Below, piece after piece: positions 28,217 to 40,964 of a stretch of 64,000 nt of DNA (positions are counted from its first letter, which is position 1; every line of letters starts with the position of its first letter). The translations under genes were made by a program, and so were the position numbers. The notes below the pieces were generated by a model. It was given only the letters and a program-made list of their open reading frames with translations, ran no database searches and was not told the origin of the DNA. This DNA comes from Eledone cirrhosa (lineage: Eukaryota), in contig OZ024743.1 in assembly GCA_964016885.1 (NCBI GenBank), positions 17,174,001 through 17,238,000 of the forward strand, given 5' to 3'.

Positions 28217-28281
<65 letters not shown>

Positions 28282-28286
<5 letters not shown>

Positions 28287-30924
28287 AGGATGAATATAAA
28301 ATGAAAGTGCTTTTGTTAAAAAAGGAATTTATTAGGTATTGACATATGTTTCTGTAACAGACCGAATACCTATGTATCGCTGCTTGCGTAATCATATAAT
28401 GTTAGCAAGTATTCGAAAGCAAATGTATAATCAGTTGTCACTTCTTCAGAGATTTTGGATAAACTGGATAAAATCAGAAAAATTGAAGTATTTATATTAG
28501 TAAAAGAGGAAGGAACAGAGGGGATAGAATATGACAGATGGTAAAATAATTTACTGCTAGACAAGTATATAATGGGTTTTTAATGAGAATACCATGAGTA
28601 AATCTAAATAAGAATTTTGCGGGTGCCAATTTTAATCTCTACTTGACCAACTGGACAGTGGACAGGGCTGGTCATTTGGTGCAGTAGTATTAATTATAAA
28701 GTGTCAATTGGGGAAGGGGGAGATTTCGATTGCTACTAAATAACATCAAAGCTAGTAGCCAGCTGGTATATGCACTAGGGAATTGAATCAAGAAATCAGA
28801 AATCTCATTTTATCTATAGCAGTTTGTATTAAAAGGTAAATAATAGAAGAGTTGATAGAATTAAGACTAATAAAGAATGTTCATATCTATTTTGACAATC
28901 GAACGGGGATAGAGACAGGCCTTCAATCCTGGTAGTATTTATAATATGAAAATGTAGATTTTAGGCGATGGTTACAGTATAACGATCGCTCTATTCTGTT
29001 ATTCAATAAAATGTTTTTGGATTTCATAATACAAAATAATTCTACATTACATAATTTACAAAATTCCTGTCCATTGGATATGGGGGAGGCAGTCGCTATT
29101 ATATCCCATTTTAGGTGAAATTGTTGGTTATTTTCACGCAGCTGCCAAGCCTTGTCTGCGAGTGTTGTTACATAACGCTGGTTTTCATGTTTTATCGAAT
29201 AACGATGTCTATAAAGGCGTGATTTGAAGGAGGTGGCTGTAGATCCCACATAGTACCACTTCTGTCTATCCGATTCGATAGTACATTTGTATACGATGTT
29301 GCGTTCAAGACACTGATTGTTCAACGGACACATTCCTGGTTGGATACAGTTACAATTACAATTTTGCGTTGTTGTATTGCCATGGATGGGTTGATGAGGT
29401 TGCTTATGTAGGACAGGATGTTGTTTGTTGTTTTGTGATGTTATAGCTAATGTTTTACGTGTATTGTTATGTGTTGGAAGGCGTTTATACAACCGTTTTG
29501 CGTTAAGCTTTTTTATATGTTGTTCAATATTAGGGGCGGTTGAATATGAAAGTCGAATGGTGTTAGGGTTTAAGATTTTATTATATTTATGTGATGTTGG
29601 AAAGTGTTTTCTAACTAATCGAAAGAAATTTGAGGGTAGATTGGTTTTAATAGATTTGTTATAGACCGGGTTGTACCAGATATACTCCTTACATCGCCTT
29701 CTGTTTGGTGGTGTGCGACTATTGTTGTGTCTATTGCGGTAGTGTATGTATGGTGGTGATTCTGTGCTATTTCTACTCATATGTGATTTATTTTGGGTGT
29801 TTTGGTGTTCATTGACTATATACTCTATATTATCTAGGTGACCGGCTTTTCTAAGTGCATCATCATAATACTCGGCACGTTCTTTGAAGGTTTGTTAGTT
29901 GGACGATAGGCGGGAGATTCTAAGAGAAACATTTCCAGGGATGGATTTAATTATAGAGAGTGGATGGTTAGAACTCGTATTTACATATTTAAGGTTCTCA
30001 TTTAGTTTATGGAACGGTTTAATCGTATCTGTATTGAGATTGAAAGTAACATCAAGGAAATTGACCTCTTTGAGGTTATATTCAAATGTAATATTTAATC
30101 CTAGTTCTTTAAAAAGTTTTCTGATATTTTTACGCATCCTTTCTAAATTCTGGTTATTCATATGCTTAACTAATAGGAGCGCATCGTCACGGTAAATTCC
30201 GCCGTGGGATCCTTGAATGTTCCTTGTAATCTGTGGGTGATATAAATTCCCACAAGATCTGTTACTTCCACCGAATCATTAGAACCCATAGTGATATCAA
30301 AATTAGAAGGTCTATCTATGCGAACCCAGTAGCTATCATCGAATTTAACTATAGTTTTTCTCGCTTCCATAATAATTTTAATTTCAGCATCCGTAAGGTC
30401 GGAATTATCCTTAGCGAACGAAAGAGCTTCATGTAGAGTATCAGGTGAAATTGAGGAATAATATTCATCAATATCAAACTGAATAAATTTTGATTTTTTC
30501 TTATCAGTAATGTTGTTAAACCATCTTATTGCTTCATGGGTGTTACCCCATAGTCTAACCTCTACTTTAACCTTAACTTGGGGGATAATTCTGTCTAGTA
30601 TATATTTGCTAATTTTACCTATATCAGATTTAGTGGGGCATATAAGTCTAATATTAGGGTTAGTATCGAAGTTTACCTTGTGGTCCTTCAGGTTGAAGGA
30701 TGGTATAGCTGGTGTTAAGGGTTGCGTTCTATCGTCAATACAAAGTTTTTTAACAATATCACATGCCGAGTTGTTGATGTTTTTAAGTGTGGCTTCATTA
30801 GTTTTCCTGTATTTTTTATGCAATTCCTTACGGATGAAGTTATTGTAAGTGTCCACATCCATGGTATATACGTTTGATGTTTTGTCTGCTCTAACAATAA
30901 TTCCATTGGCGTTTTTTAGATTAT
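28282..30924 (-). mobile_element. 5'-truncated degenerate PLE, paralogous family of the 46-55 kb element
   Basis: VRADKTSN, QFDIDEYYSSIS, ITMGSNDS, YRDD, IWYNPVY, NIVYKC...YYVG; stop at ~29895, frameshift at ~30200; pLTR with HHR. Confidence 0.9.
28333..28450 (-). ncRNA. Hammerhead-like motif with 88-nt stem II
   Basis: CTGAAGA-A-GTGACA...TAGGTATT-CGGTC-TGTTAC-A-GAAA-CATATG-TC-AATACCTA-ATAAA. Canonical stem I is only 1 bp. Confidence 0.65.
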
Positions 30925-31023
30925 AAATAAATTTGAGATAGAGCGCCCGTGATGTTTGCTCTAAATTCTCTCTCTCTATATATACATATATCTATCTATA
31001 TATATATATATACATATATGTCT

Positions 31024-31104
<81 letters not shown>

Positions 31105-31200
31105 TATATGTCTATATATATATATATGGATAGATATATGTATAGAGAGAGAGAGAGAGTTTAGAGCAAACATCACGGGCGCTCTATCTCAAATTTATTT
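30925..31200. repeat. 276-bp palindrome centred on (TA)n at the PLE 5' junction
   Basis: Perfect 41-bp inverted repeat 30925-30965 / 31160-31200 plus mirrored microsatellite interruptions. Confidence 0.9.
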
Positions 31201-31380
31201 TTGAAAAGCATTAGAAATGCGCAACCGGTAAAACTTAAAACCAAAACGGAATACTAATCAATACTATTACTAAGTTTTACTTATTCCTAATTAAACTATT
31301 TTTCACTGGGAACAATTTGTCAGCATTTTCTTTTCCGTTTACCAATATATCACAACTTGCGTGTTAAACTTCTATTCTTT

Positions 31381-31509
<129 letters not shown>

Positions 31510-31566
31510 CTTTCACCATATTTTTGACTAAATAAATTTTAGTCTGATAATGGGGTTTAGAACCCT

Positions 31567-31621
31567 CAGATAAATGGAAAAAGATGAGTATTGACAATAC
31601 TCATCTTTTTCCATTTATCTG
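31567..31621. repeat. Perfect hairpin, 27-bp arms, 1-nt spacer
   Basis: CAGATAAATGGAAAAAGATGAGTATTG-A-CAATACTCATCTTTTTCCATTTATCTG. Confidence 0.95.
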
Positions 31622-31675
31622 CTATACTATTTTCTAATTTCAAACCTTCTCACTGTTTCAAAACATACTTACTTG

Positions 31676-31750
<75 letters not shown>

Positions 31751-32128
31751 TATAAGATGAACTCTGCTCGTTCATCATTGGGTAGATTTGGTTTTTCCTC
31801 GAAGTAAATCGTGATGTAACATTATGAAAGCACTCGACGTTATGCAACTCATTCTTCTTTACTGTGGAATCATGTTGGCGGTGCGGTAAAGGATTTGAAT
31901 TATATCATAGGTTAGAATGACAGGAGGCTGGATAGGTTGTATTCCTTTCGATGTTATAACTGCAAACAATATGCACAGTTCAGTAGCCAGAAAAAAATCA
32001 TTGGTGCCGAAATAAAATTGTAAACACCACCTTTCGAATGATTCCATTTGAATATCACATAGTTACTTCTAGTTTCAGAATACTCAGATTTTTATTCAAA
32101 AGACATTCTCATTCTCCATCTCTTTGTA

Positions 32129-32162
<34 letters not shown>

Positions 32163-35039
32163 CATATATATAAATATATATATGCGTGTGTGTGTGTGTG
32201 TGTATGCTTGCCATCTAGAAGTTTTTCTCAAGTTCCCGACTATTACAATTATATAATCACCTTAAAAAAATATTTTGTCAGGGTTTTTACAAATTAATTA
32301 AAACGATTAATATGTGAAATTATGCTGCTCTCTCTACCTTGCAATCAGGAATGTTATATATAACGACATGTGCGAAAATCGAAACAAATATATAGTTTTA
32401 CTATGTTATAATGCCCATCAAATCTTCCGAGGTTTTATGTAACTCATCGCTAGATCCATGACCTTATAAAACACTACGATTCGCTCGCATATATGAAGCT
32501 TATATGATAGAAGGAACTTAAGATTCATATAATTTTATTGAGCTCTACTTTATTCCTTAGAATAAAGGAAGATGCAATAATTAAGAAATGTCCTCTTATC
32601 CTGCTAACATACAGTGTGTCAATAAATACAAATACTACGTGGAATGTATTTGGATTTGCACACAGCTGATGAGCTATATCAATTCCAAACAAAGGCATCA
32701 CCATGTTCAAAATAATAGTATTATTACATGTGGGGTATGGAAAACTACTATCTGCACTCGATACTCAATCATTCACCTCTGTTCGTTGATTGTTTCCACA
32801 TCTCCCTTCCCGCTCTTAAAGACAATAGTCCAACATTTTAATATATTCCTCACATCATCTGTGATGTTTAATTTATGTTTTTTCTACTTGCTCGATTTTA
32901 ATTTTCTTCATCATTGTTCCAACTCTTTGGCAAAACAATTTTATCATCATCTTAATTATACTAATATCTTTGCAGATATCATAAAATCCAACATGACTAT
33001 TTGCGTTTATATTCAGTTTTATCACTGAATTAAAGTAGCCCCATCAAATCGACTTTGTGATCACATACATATTTAGTAACCTCAATGTTTCAGGCATAAC
33101 TGGTTAGCACTCGAGATTAATAGTTCTGAAAATTGCTGATTCATTGAAAACACTGAACAGTCGTTAACTGAAATAGGTCAATCTAATATTAGTATCACAA
33201 TGATTGAACCAATTATTGTAGAAATCCTTTTTATATCTTTTTCCCTACGATTTTCGACTCTCCTGAATTCATGCAATGCATCCCTTCTTTACGTTTGGAT
33301 TTACATAGTTTGCATTACAATACATTTACCTCATTCATTGTTATAGAATGAATACACCCAACGGGTCTTTGTTCCATTCTCAAATCTGTTATTCTGCAGC
33401 AATATTCTAATTTTCTCCAAACGCTACATGCGTCATATATCGTTTATTCAATAAGGATCTGAATTATTTTTATTTAATAGTTCTGTTACTTTATTAATGC
33501 TTTTATTGGATTTCCTTTGAAACACTTACATTTCCAGCACACATTCCAGTAGCTACCTTTTAAAAGTTTCATTTATTCAGGTTCAGACAATTTGTTTACA
33601 ATCAAATTACCAATAACCTTTTCTTCATTTCATTAAATGTTTTGAATTCTAACCGATGTATTTCCTTTGTATATTATGTCATTGAAAATCTAATATATTT
33701 GTATCTCTTAATTCGCAGACATATTTGGCTGACGTAGAATATATTAATCCCGACATATATTATTTGTTCTGTAAATCATTATTTTCGTATATGTTATTTA
33801 TACTTCATTATATCATCATAATTGAATACGCTATCTACGAAATCAACTCATTCTCATGTCTGGCAATAACCTTTTTGGTTTGAACTGAATCTTTAAATTT
33901 CCACGCTATATTTTTAATGCTTTCTTTTAATGGATATATTTGTTTATATGATACAAAACCCACGACTTCATGGGGCACCTAAATATTTCCCAATTTTGTA
34001 TTTACTGATTGTTGTTCAGGTGTATTCTATGTTGTTCAGGTGTATTCTGTACTTCTTTAAAATCATCTGTTCAGATACATTTAATAGTTAATTCCCAAAC
34101 AATATTTAGGACATTCACCTTTCCTCACCCTTCTTAAAATTATAGCAAATACTATACTATTTATTTTCCCTAGATTTTTGACAATATCTTCACTCAATTA
34201 CTACATCATATTGTTTATTGAATTCTTTGCAAGAATGATATTCACTCAGTCCAACTGTCTCGGGGAATTATTGACATTTTCTCCATAATCCATTTTCGAT
34301 TGCATTCATTCTAGAATATAACATTTAAAAATGTTTTTGCATTTACTTTATGACATTTCTCGTGTTTGATTTATTGCAAGAGAATTGGGATTTAGTTAGC
34401 AAGATCTCAATGGGAATAATTAAAAGAAATATAAAAGGATTTAAAACTCTCTCAGCTATATGATAGGGCAATACAGGCTAATAGGATGGTAACCTTCCAA
34501 ACCCAAAATCCTTTCACATAGCAACATAATTATGTGATCTGTTTACAAAAATAAACATTGACATATACAAGTGGACTTTGGCACAACAGATGGAACTTAA
34601 TTTCAGATAACTAGAGGTTTAAGTTTGAGGGTCAATAAATTAAAATGTATGGGGGAATACGACAATAATGATGGAAGTAACAAGAAATATATAGTTTGAT
34701 CTGTATCATGTTCCAATATTAAAAGTGAAAAAAAAGAAAATACTGAAAAAACAGGTAATATTTAATAAGTGCAATGTAAAAAATATAATAATTATTACTG
34801 CATTTGGTGCTTTATTTTGATGAAAGGCAAAGTTAACCACGGATGAAAAAATATAATAATATAATCCTTACAGAACGAAAACACAAACACATATAATATA
34901 TACAATGGAAAGCGAAAGGAAAAGAGCAAAGAGAAAAGCAGACACAAGCAGGTAATAGTCACATCTAAGAACGCATACAACAAAAGGAAGTTGAAAGGGG
35001 TGGACAAACGGGCCGCTACCAGAGCAAAGGTTAAGAATA

Positions 35040-35480
35040 AAGCGATGAGCACTGGAAATCCTCTCTAAAAATGTTGGGGCAAGCCAGCGGGTGAATGCAA
35101 GGTTTAGGTGCCGCAGCACAAGTGCTTTCACGAGCATCACCATTTACCCCTGTCAGGTGAGCCGCCAGTGAAGATAAGTATCTCGCAGTAAGTGGGCCGA
35201 CTCCCCCAAACGTCTCGAACGCCACAGCCTGGAAAATGTAGTTAGCGAAGAGATCACAGTATTTTAGGATTTTGTTCCTTTCATGCTGTAAGTCTCGCCC
35301 TTATCGCTGCTTCCAGGATGCTGGTAGAATCAAAAGAGTCACTAACAGTGACGCCTCAGATAATGCGCCTGCCACTTGACCAGGGGTCAGGGTAAGCCCG
35401 TCAGGTCTTTTCGCATCAAATCTGGAAACGCCAGGCGGTTCTAAAATTGAGGGGATATTTTCCCAGACCAAAGCTCTTAA
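35040..35480 (-). mobile_element. CRE-like non-LTR 3' fragment (restriction-like endonuclease)
   Basis: EPPGVSRFDAKRPDG, PWSSGRRII, AVAFETFGGVGP...GDARES; frameshifted. Confidence 0.75.
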
Positions 35481-35839
35481 GTGGTAACAGGACAGTGTGT
35501 GTATGTGCGCGCGCGTGAAATTGTCGGCGTTCTTAAATTAGAGACGTGTGTGTGTCACCGTTTTTAAGTTAGATATATATATGTGTAACCACTTCCTTCC
35601 TTTTACACACACATACATTCACACAAATACACTGTGAGACGGTCGGATGGATAGAAGTCGCTCAAATGTATATACATGTGAAGGGGGTTCCACTGATGCA
35701 GCTGGAGTAGTTCTAGTATCTCGGGACCGTATCCATGATTGATGGAAGGTAGGAGGCTGAATTAAGTACAATAATTGCAAAAGCTGATGAAGTAATGCGC
35801 CAGCTTCAGCATACTGTAATAATAAAAAGAGAGGTTGGT

Positions 35840-36270
35840 GTAAAAGCCAAACTCGTTGTCTTACTGGTATTCCTGCCAACCATTACCGAGTGCCATAAAT
35901 CTCGGGTAATGGCTGAAAGAATACAATTGTATACACAAGCCGCCAAAATAGCGTTCCTCCGAAGGGAGTTTGTAGTAACGTTACTCGATAAAGTGCATAG
36001 TTAGGTGATCAGAGAGTCACTGCTGTTAGAGACGCAAATTCTCCGGATTGAAAGATCACATCTGCGATACGATGGTCATATGGTTAGAAAGCCTCAACCC
36101 AGAGGTAGACCCTGAGCAATATAGTTGGATAACATCAATCAGCTTTGCTGATCACGCTTTGGAATCCACCGGGATCAGTTAGAGATGTTTCCTTCTGACA
36201 GACTCGCTGGAGGAGTGTTTCAAAAGTACTCACCCCCCACAACCCTCTCAGAAATAAGTGGTCGAAGAAA
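35840..36270 (+). mobile_element. RTE-type LINE 3' fragment
   Basis: QAAKIAFLRR...TLLDKVHS*VIRESL...IERSHLRYDGHMVR..PRGRP. Confidence 0.65.
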
Positions 36271-36593
36271 AAACGTTGTAAATTCACTTTTCAATTTACG
36301 CGTCATATCTAGTTGCGTATAATGCCATTATGCACACTAAATATGCTAGCAGAAAACCGCCTTTGTGGCGGTTCTTTTGCTAATATATATAATTACTTAG
36401 TAAACATTTACTGGCCTGAAACCTCCGGAAATGTAATAATCATATTGTGTTGTTTATTATGTAATTACATAGCTCTGTAGAATACATAGAACACTCTTTT
36501 TCATTTATCTTTTCTACGGAAATACTTTACGCACACACGCACACATACACACACATATAAAGCGCAAGCGCGCGCACAAAAACACACACACAC

Positions 36594-36641
<48 letters not shown>

Positions 36642-36658
36642 GTGTGTGTATATATGTA

Positions 36659-36754
<96 letters not shown>

Positions 36755-36755
<1 letters not shown>

Positions 36756-36946
36756 GGAACCAGTAAGACCACGACGGCTGAGCTCAAGCCGTTTCGACGG
36801 CTAATTCTGAGTCCAGAATTAGCCGTCGAAACGGCTTGAGCTCAGCCGTCGGCGTCTTACTGGTTCCTATTACCCACTCTACTACCCTAAGTATTGAGTA
36901 CTTTGGTGCGTTATGGTCCATCTGGTTCCTTACCACATTTCCTTCG

Positions 36947-36948
<2 letters not shown>
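36755..36948 (+). mobile_element. Second ~190-bp fold-back mini-element (same family as 21637-21828)
   Basis: Same arm/arm/tail layout, in (TA)n. Confidence 0.85.
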
Positions 36949-36993
<45 letters not shown>

Positions 36994-37094
36994 TTTTTGT
37001 CTTTATTTGTTAATTTTTCATTCGCACTGTTTCCTTTCGCTATATGTCTCTCCACCACTCTCCTACACACCTTTTGAACTCTGTTCCCACACAC

Positions 37095-37135
37095 TTCTCA
37101 CCTGAAGAAGGGCTTATGCCCGAAACTTCGTCCCA
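37095..37135 (+). ncRNA. Minimal hammerhead-like core in a solitary pLTR fragment; stem I not evident
   Basis: CTGAAGA-A-GGGC-TTAT-GCCC-GAAA-CTTCG-TC; AATAAA ~35 nt downstream; (TA)n flanks. Confidence 0.5.
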
Positions 37136-37218
37136 CACCTACCCCCCACTCTCCTGACCGTGAATTTAATAAACATTTATTGTACTGCCTCTCTGTTCTG
37201 TCCCTGTTCAAATTTTTC

Positions 37219-37253
<35 letters not shown>

Positions 37254-38646
37254 CACAAGAATGTATGACTGTTATTTAATATAATGTAAACAGTCTGAAT
37301 GAGCTACTCATTACGTTAAAGTCATAATGGATCAAGTTTTACATAAACAATTTTATTCTAACTGAATGTACTTTACCATGTTATGTTATTTCTTCTTTCA
37401 CCCAAAGTCTCTTCCTATCTCTCTCTATACCTTTCTCTCTCTTTATGTCTCTCTCTCCCTCTCTTTCTCTCTCTCTCTGTTGATAGGTTTTCTTATTGTT
37501 TTCTTGAATACCAAGTAATTCATGAATCCAGTCGGAGTGGACGACACCTCTACCCAATAGGGATACATAAAAGCATGATCACCTGTTTTCGAGTCTTTTA
37601 AACACAATAAAATGACATTAACGTGAGCAGTTTTTGTGAATTTATGTGGAGGAAGAAGACAATGTTAGCAATGATGGATAGGAAGATACTTCGAATTTTC
37701 TTTTTTTATCTTTTGGAATCTACTTATTCTCGTGCAAAGTGTAAATGACATTACGGATGAGAATGTTAGCGATTATTCAATGGCGGTATACTTTGCGTTG
37801 GTGTCGGTGCTTATGTATTTGGTGGAAATTGTCACATATCTATAGAAGAGAGTCTGGGGACACATCAGACTCTCAGTATAAACATATCCGATCGTGTGAG
37901 AGATAATGATGCTATATGGCATGATGATATATTTTAGTTGTATAAAAATGTCTGGTAATACAGGCAAAGTATATACAGGATTCACATATATTTATGGCTA
38001 CAACTTATTTTCATCTTGAACTATTTACTAAGTGTACACACTTCGAATTTTGTTTTATTTTAGTCTTATTGATTGCACCCTTTAATCTTATTGATTGCAC
38101 CTTTCACTTTCAGTGGCGTCAAAAGTTGAAAATCAGAATATCGATATTCACGTGTTTCGAATTATATTACATCATGTATATTCAATATACCTTTTGCTAC
38201 ATGATTGGAGTATAAAGAAATGTCATAAAAGATAATTTTATTGTAGTATTTGGTGAGTTATATGTCTAGTTATTGTTTCTATTTTACGATTATTCTGGAA
38301 TTTTCTTACAATTTACATTCACTACCCATCACAATGGTTTTGCGATAGCATGAGCACTAGTAAGTCGAATATGAATAAATGCAAGAATAATATACTGTAT
38401 CAGAAAATTAGATTTAATATTAACTAATTTTACCACTATTAGCAAAATATTGAAATACTCTAACAAACATGGGTGCTACCTGATTTAGTGAAGTTAGATC
38501 ATTAATGAAGAGTATCATTAATGAATATTTTATCGCAGCCTATTCATGACACTGATTATAGCAATAAACCTGCAGTTTATATGTTTTAATGTTTATATGT
38601 TTATATGTTTTAACATGATTTTTCTCTCACAAATAAAACGAATTAG

Positions 38647-38754
<108 letters not shown>

Positions 38755-38761
38755 TATATAT

Positions 38762-38889
38762 ATAAACACAGAGCTGGCATATCTAAGAACTGACTAACTG
38801 CCTGATGAGGTCATAGCCAGTCAATGGCTATCATCGAAATATATATACCAGGATTATGAGTTCATCTAATTGACTTATCTTTCGTCACT
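38762..38889 (+). mobile_element. ~130-bp HHR mini-element in (TA)n; stem I 3' strand deleted
   Basis: ACTGC-CTGATGA-GGTC-ATAGCCA-GTCAA-TGGCTAT-CATC-GAAA-TATATA-TA; homologous to 55291-55430. Confidence 0.75.
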
Positions 38890-38918
38890 ATATATATATA
38901 TATATATGTGTATATATG

Positions 38919-38954
<36 letters not shown>

Positions 38955-38956
<2 letters not shown>

Positions 38957-40012
38957 AAGATTTACATATATATATAAAGTCATAGATATATATATGTTTT
39001 GCAACCGGTCACGTTGTGGCTCAATGATAAATTAATAATTTAAATAAAATAATCAGAGCTATATATCATAAAATATGTCTTTAGTATCACTACATATAAT
39101 ATATACCATTACCTCTCCCAATTAGTATAATTAACCATATAAAAAATCAATTAGACCAAGCTATAAGAAATCTCCGACAAATAACCGAAAGCAGCCCCTT
39201 CGCGGTGGCTACAATAGATTATTTATCTAACATTTCGTCAGCTTGTAAAAATCGACCAGATATACAGTCAACTAAACACAATTAGGTGTAAAATTGAACT
39301 TAGAAGAATTGTGTACATACCTAATTACCTCTTCCATGGTTTCATCCGTATTTTAAGACATCCGATAACAAGAAATTCCAGAGCTTCGGAATCATCAGTT
39401 GCGAGCTCAAAATAAGACATTTAATTTTCCAAAGTGATCGCGCCAAAAATACATTCAAAAATAGTTAAGAATCGTGTCGTGGCAGCGGTCAAGTTAGAAA
39501 GGATGTGATTAGTTGCTTACGCAAGCAGGCTTATTGCTAGAAAGCGCAGCCTAATACCGCCAAATTGTATCTCAACCTAACGGGAGATTAGTACATATAA
39601 AGATTTACATATATATATAAAGTCATAGATATATATGTGTTTTGCAACCGGTCACGTTGTGGCTCAATGAGAAATTAATAAATTAAATAAAATAATCAGA
39701 GCTATATATCATAAAATTTGTCTTTGGAATCACTAGATATAATATACACCATTTCCTTTTCAAATAGTATAATTAACCATATAAAAAAATCAATTAGGCC
39801 AAGCTATAAGAATAAAGGCTCCTATGAAGAAATCTCCAACAAATAACCGAAAGCAGCCCCTGTTATTGCAGCCCCGGTTATTTGTCGGAGATTTCTTCAT
39901 AGGAGCCTTTATTCTTATAGCTTGATCTAATTATTTTTTTATATGGTTAATTATACTAATTGGGAGAGGAAATGGTATATATTATATCTAGTGAATCTAA
40001 AGACATATTTTA

Positions 40013-40018
<6 letters not shown>
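38955..40018. mobile_element. Non-coding ~640-bp unit: partial tandem then fold-back, in (TA)n
   Basis: 38957 repeats at ~39599; inversion at ~39865; related fragment at 27772-27910. Confidence 0.7.
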
Positions 40019-40068
<50 letters not shown>

Positions 40069-40691
40069 AGAAGCAAAAAAATTGCTTGTTGTGATCCAGT
40101 TTTTGGATAAGAAAGCCAGTTTCATGGATGGTTTCAACGCACGGTTAGGGGTAACTCCACAAGTTTGTAAGAATTCCGTTCAATCTTGGAGTATAAAGTA
40201 TAAAAGGGAAAACACAGGTAAGCATTAAGAGAAGGATTTAATCCAGGTATTTACGACCGTTTCATTGGTAAGTGCAACCTTATATTGCTATGCTGCAAAT
40301 AGCACCCACTCAATTATAATTGTTGTTCACAGTCCAAATTTTCAAAATAGTGAGTTACTTTTGAAATAATTCTTAATATATAGAGAAAAACAGTTATTTG
40401 GAATTGTATTTACTAGTATAGAGAGAGAGGAATCAGGAGGTGAGGGGACAGACGGCATAGTATATATAGAGAGAGAGGAAGGGGGAGGAGGTAGGAAGTA
40501 TAATGACAAACTGAGGTGGAGGTAGGGGTAGAGGTGGAAGGACTCTTTGGTCAGTTTTGATAGCAGACATCATGTCGTTGAGTGTAGTGAGTTAAAGAGA
40601 ATTAAATAGATAATAGTGGGAGGGATGGATAGAGAGGGAGAGAGAGAGAGTGTGGGGGGGGGGAGATATAAAGAGATAAATATATATATAT

Positions 40692-40751
40692 ATGATGGTT
40701 GTCCCCTCGTTATCGAGTATGGCCATTGCACGAGAAGAAAAAAAATAATAC

Positions 40752-40803
<52 letters not shown>

Positions 40804-40898
40804 AATAAATAAAAAAAAAAATATATATATATATATACATACATACATATATACATACACATATACATACACATACACACACACATATACACACACAT

Positions 40899-40964
<66 letters not shown>

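Noticed and set aside
32666-32672. CTGATGA core-like word (also at 570-576 on the minus strand)
   Set aside because: No matching GAAA half or stems.
36347-36382. Hairpin resembling a bacterial intrinsic terminator
   Set aside because: Eukaryotic repeat context with no upstream gene; likely an element remnant.
40236-40320. Minus-strand GAAA-CGGTCG-TA-AATACCTGG resembling an HHR 3' half
   Set aside because: No recognisable CTGANGA or stem I; too decayed to call.
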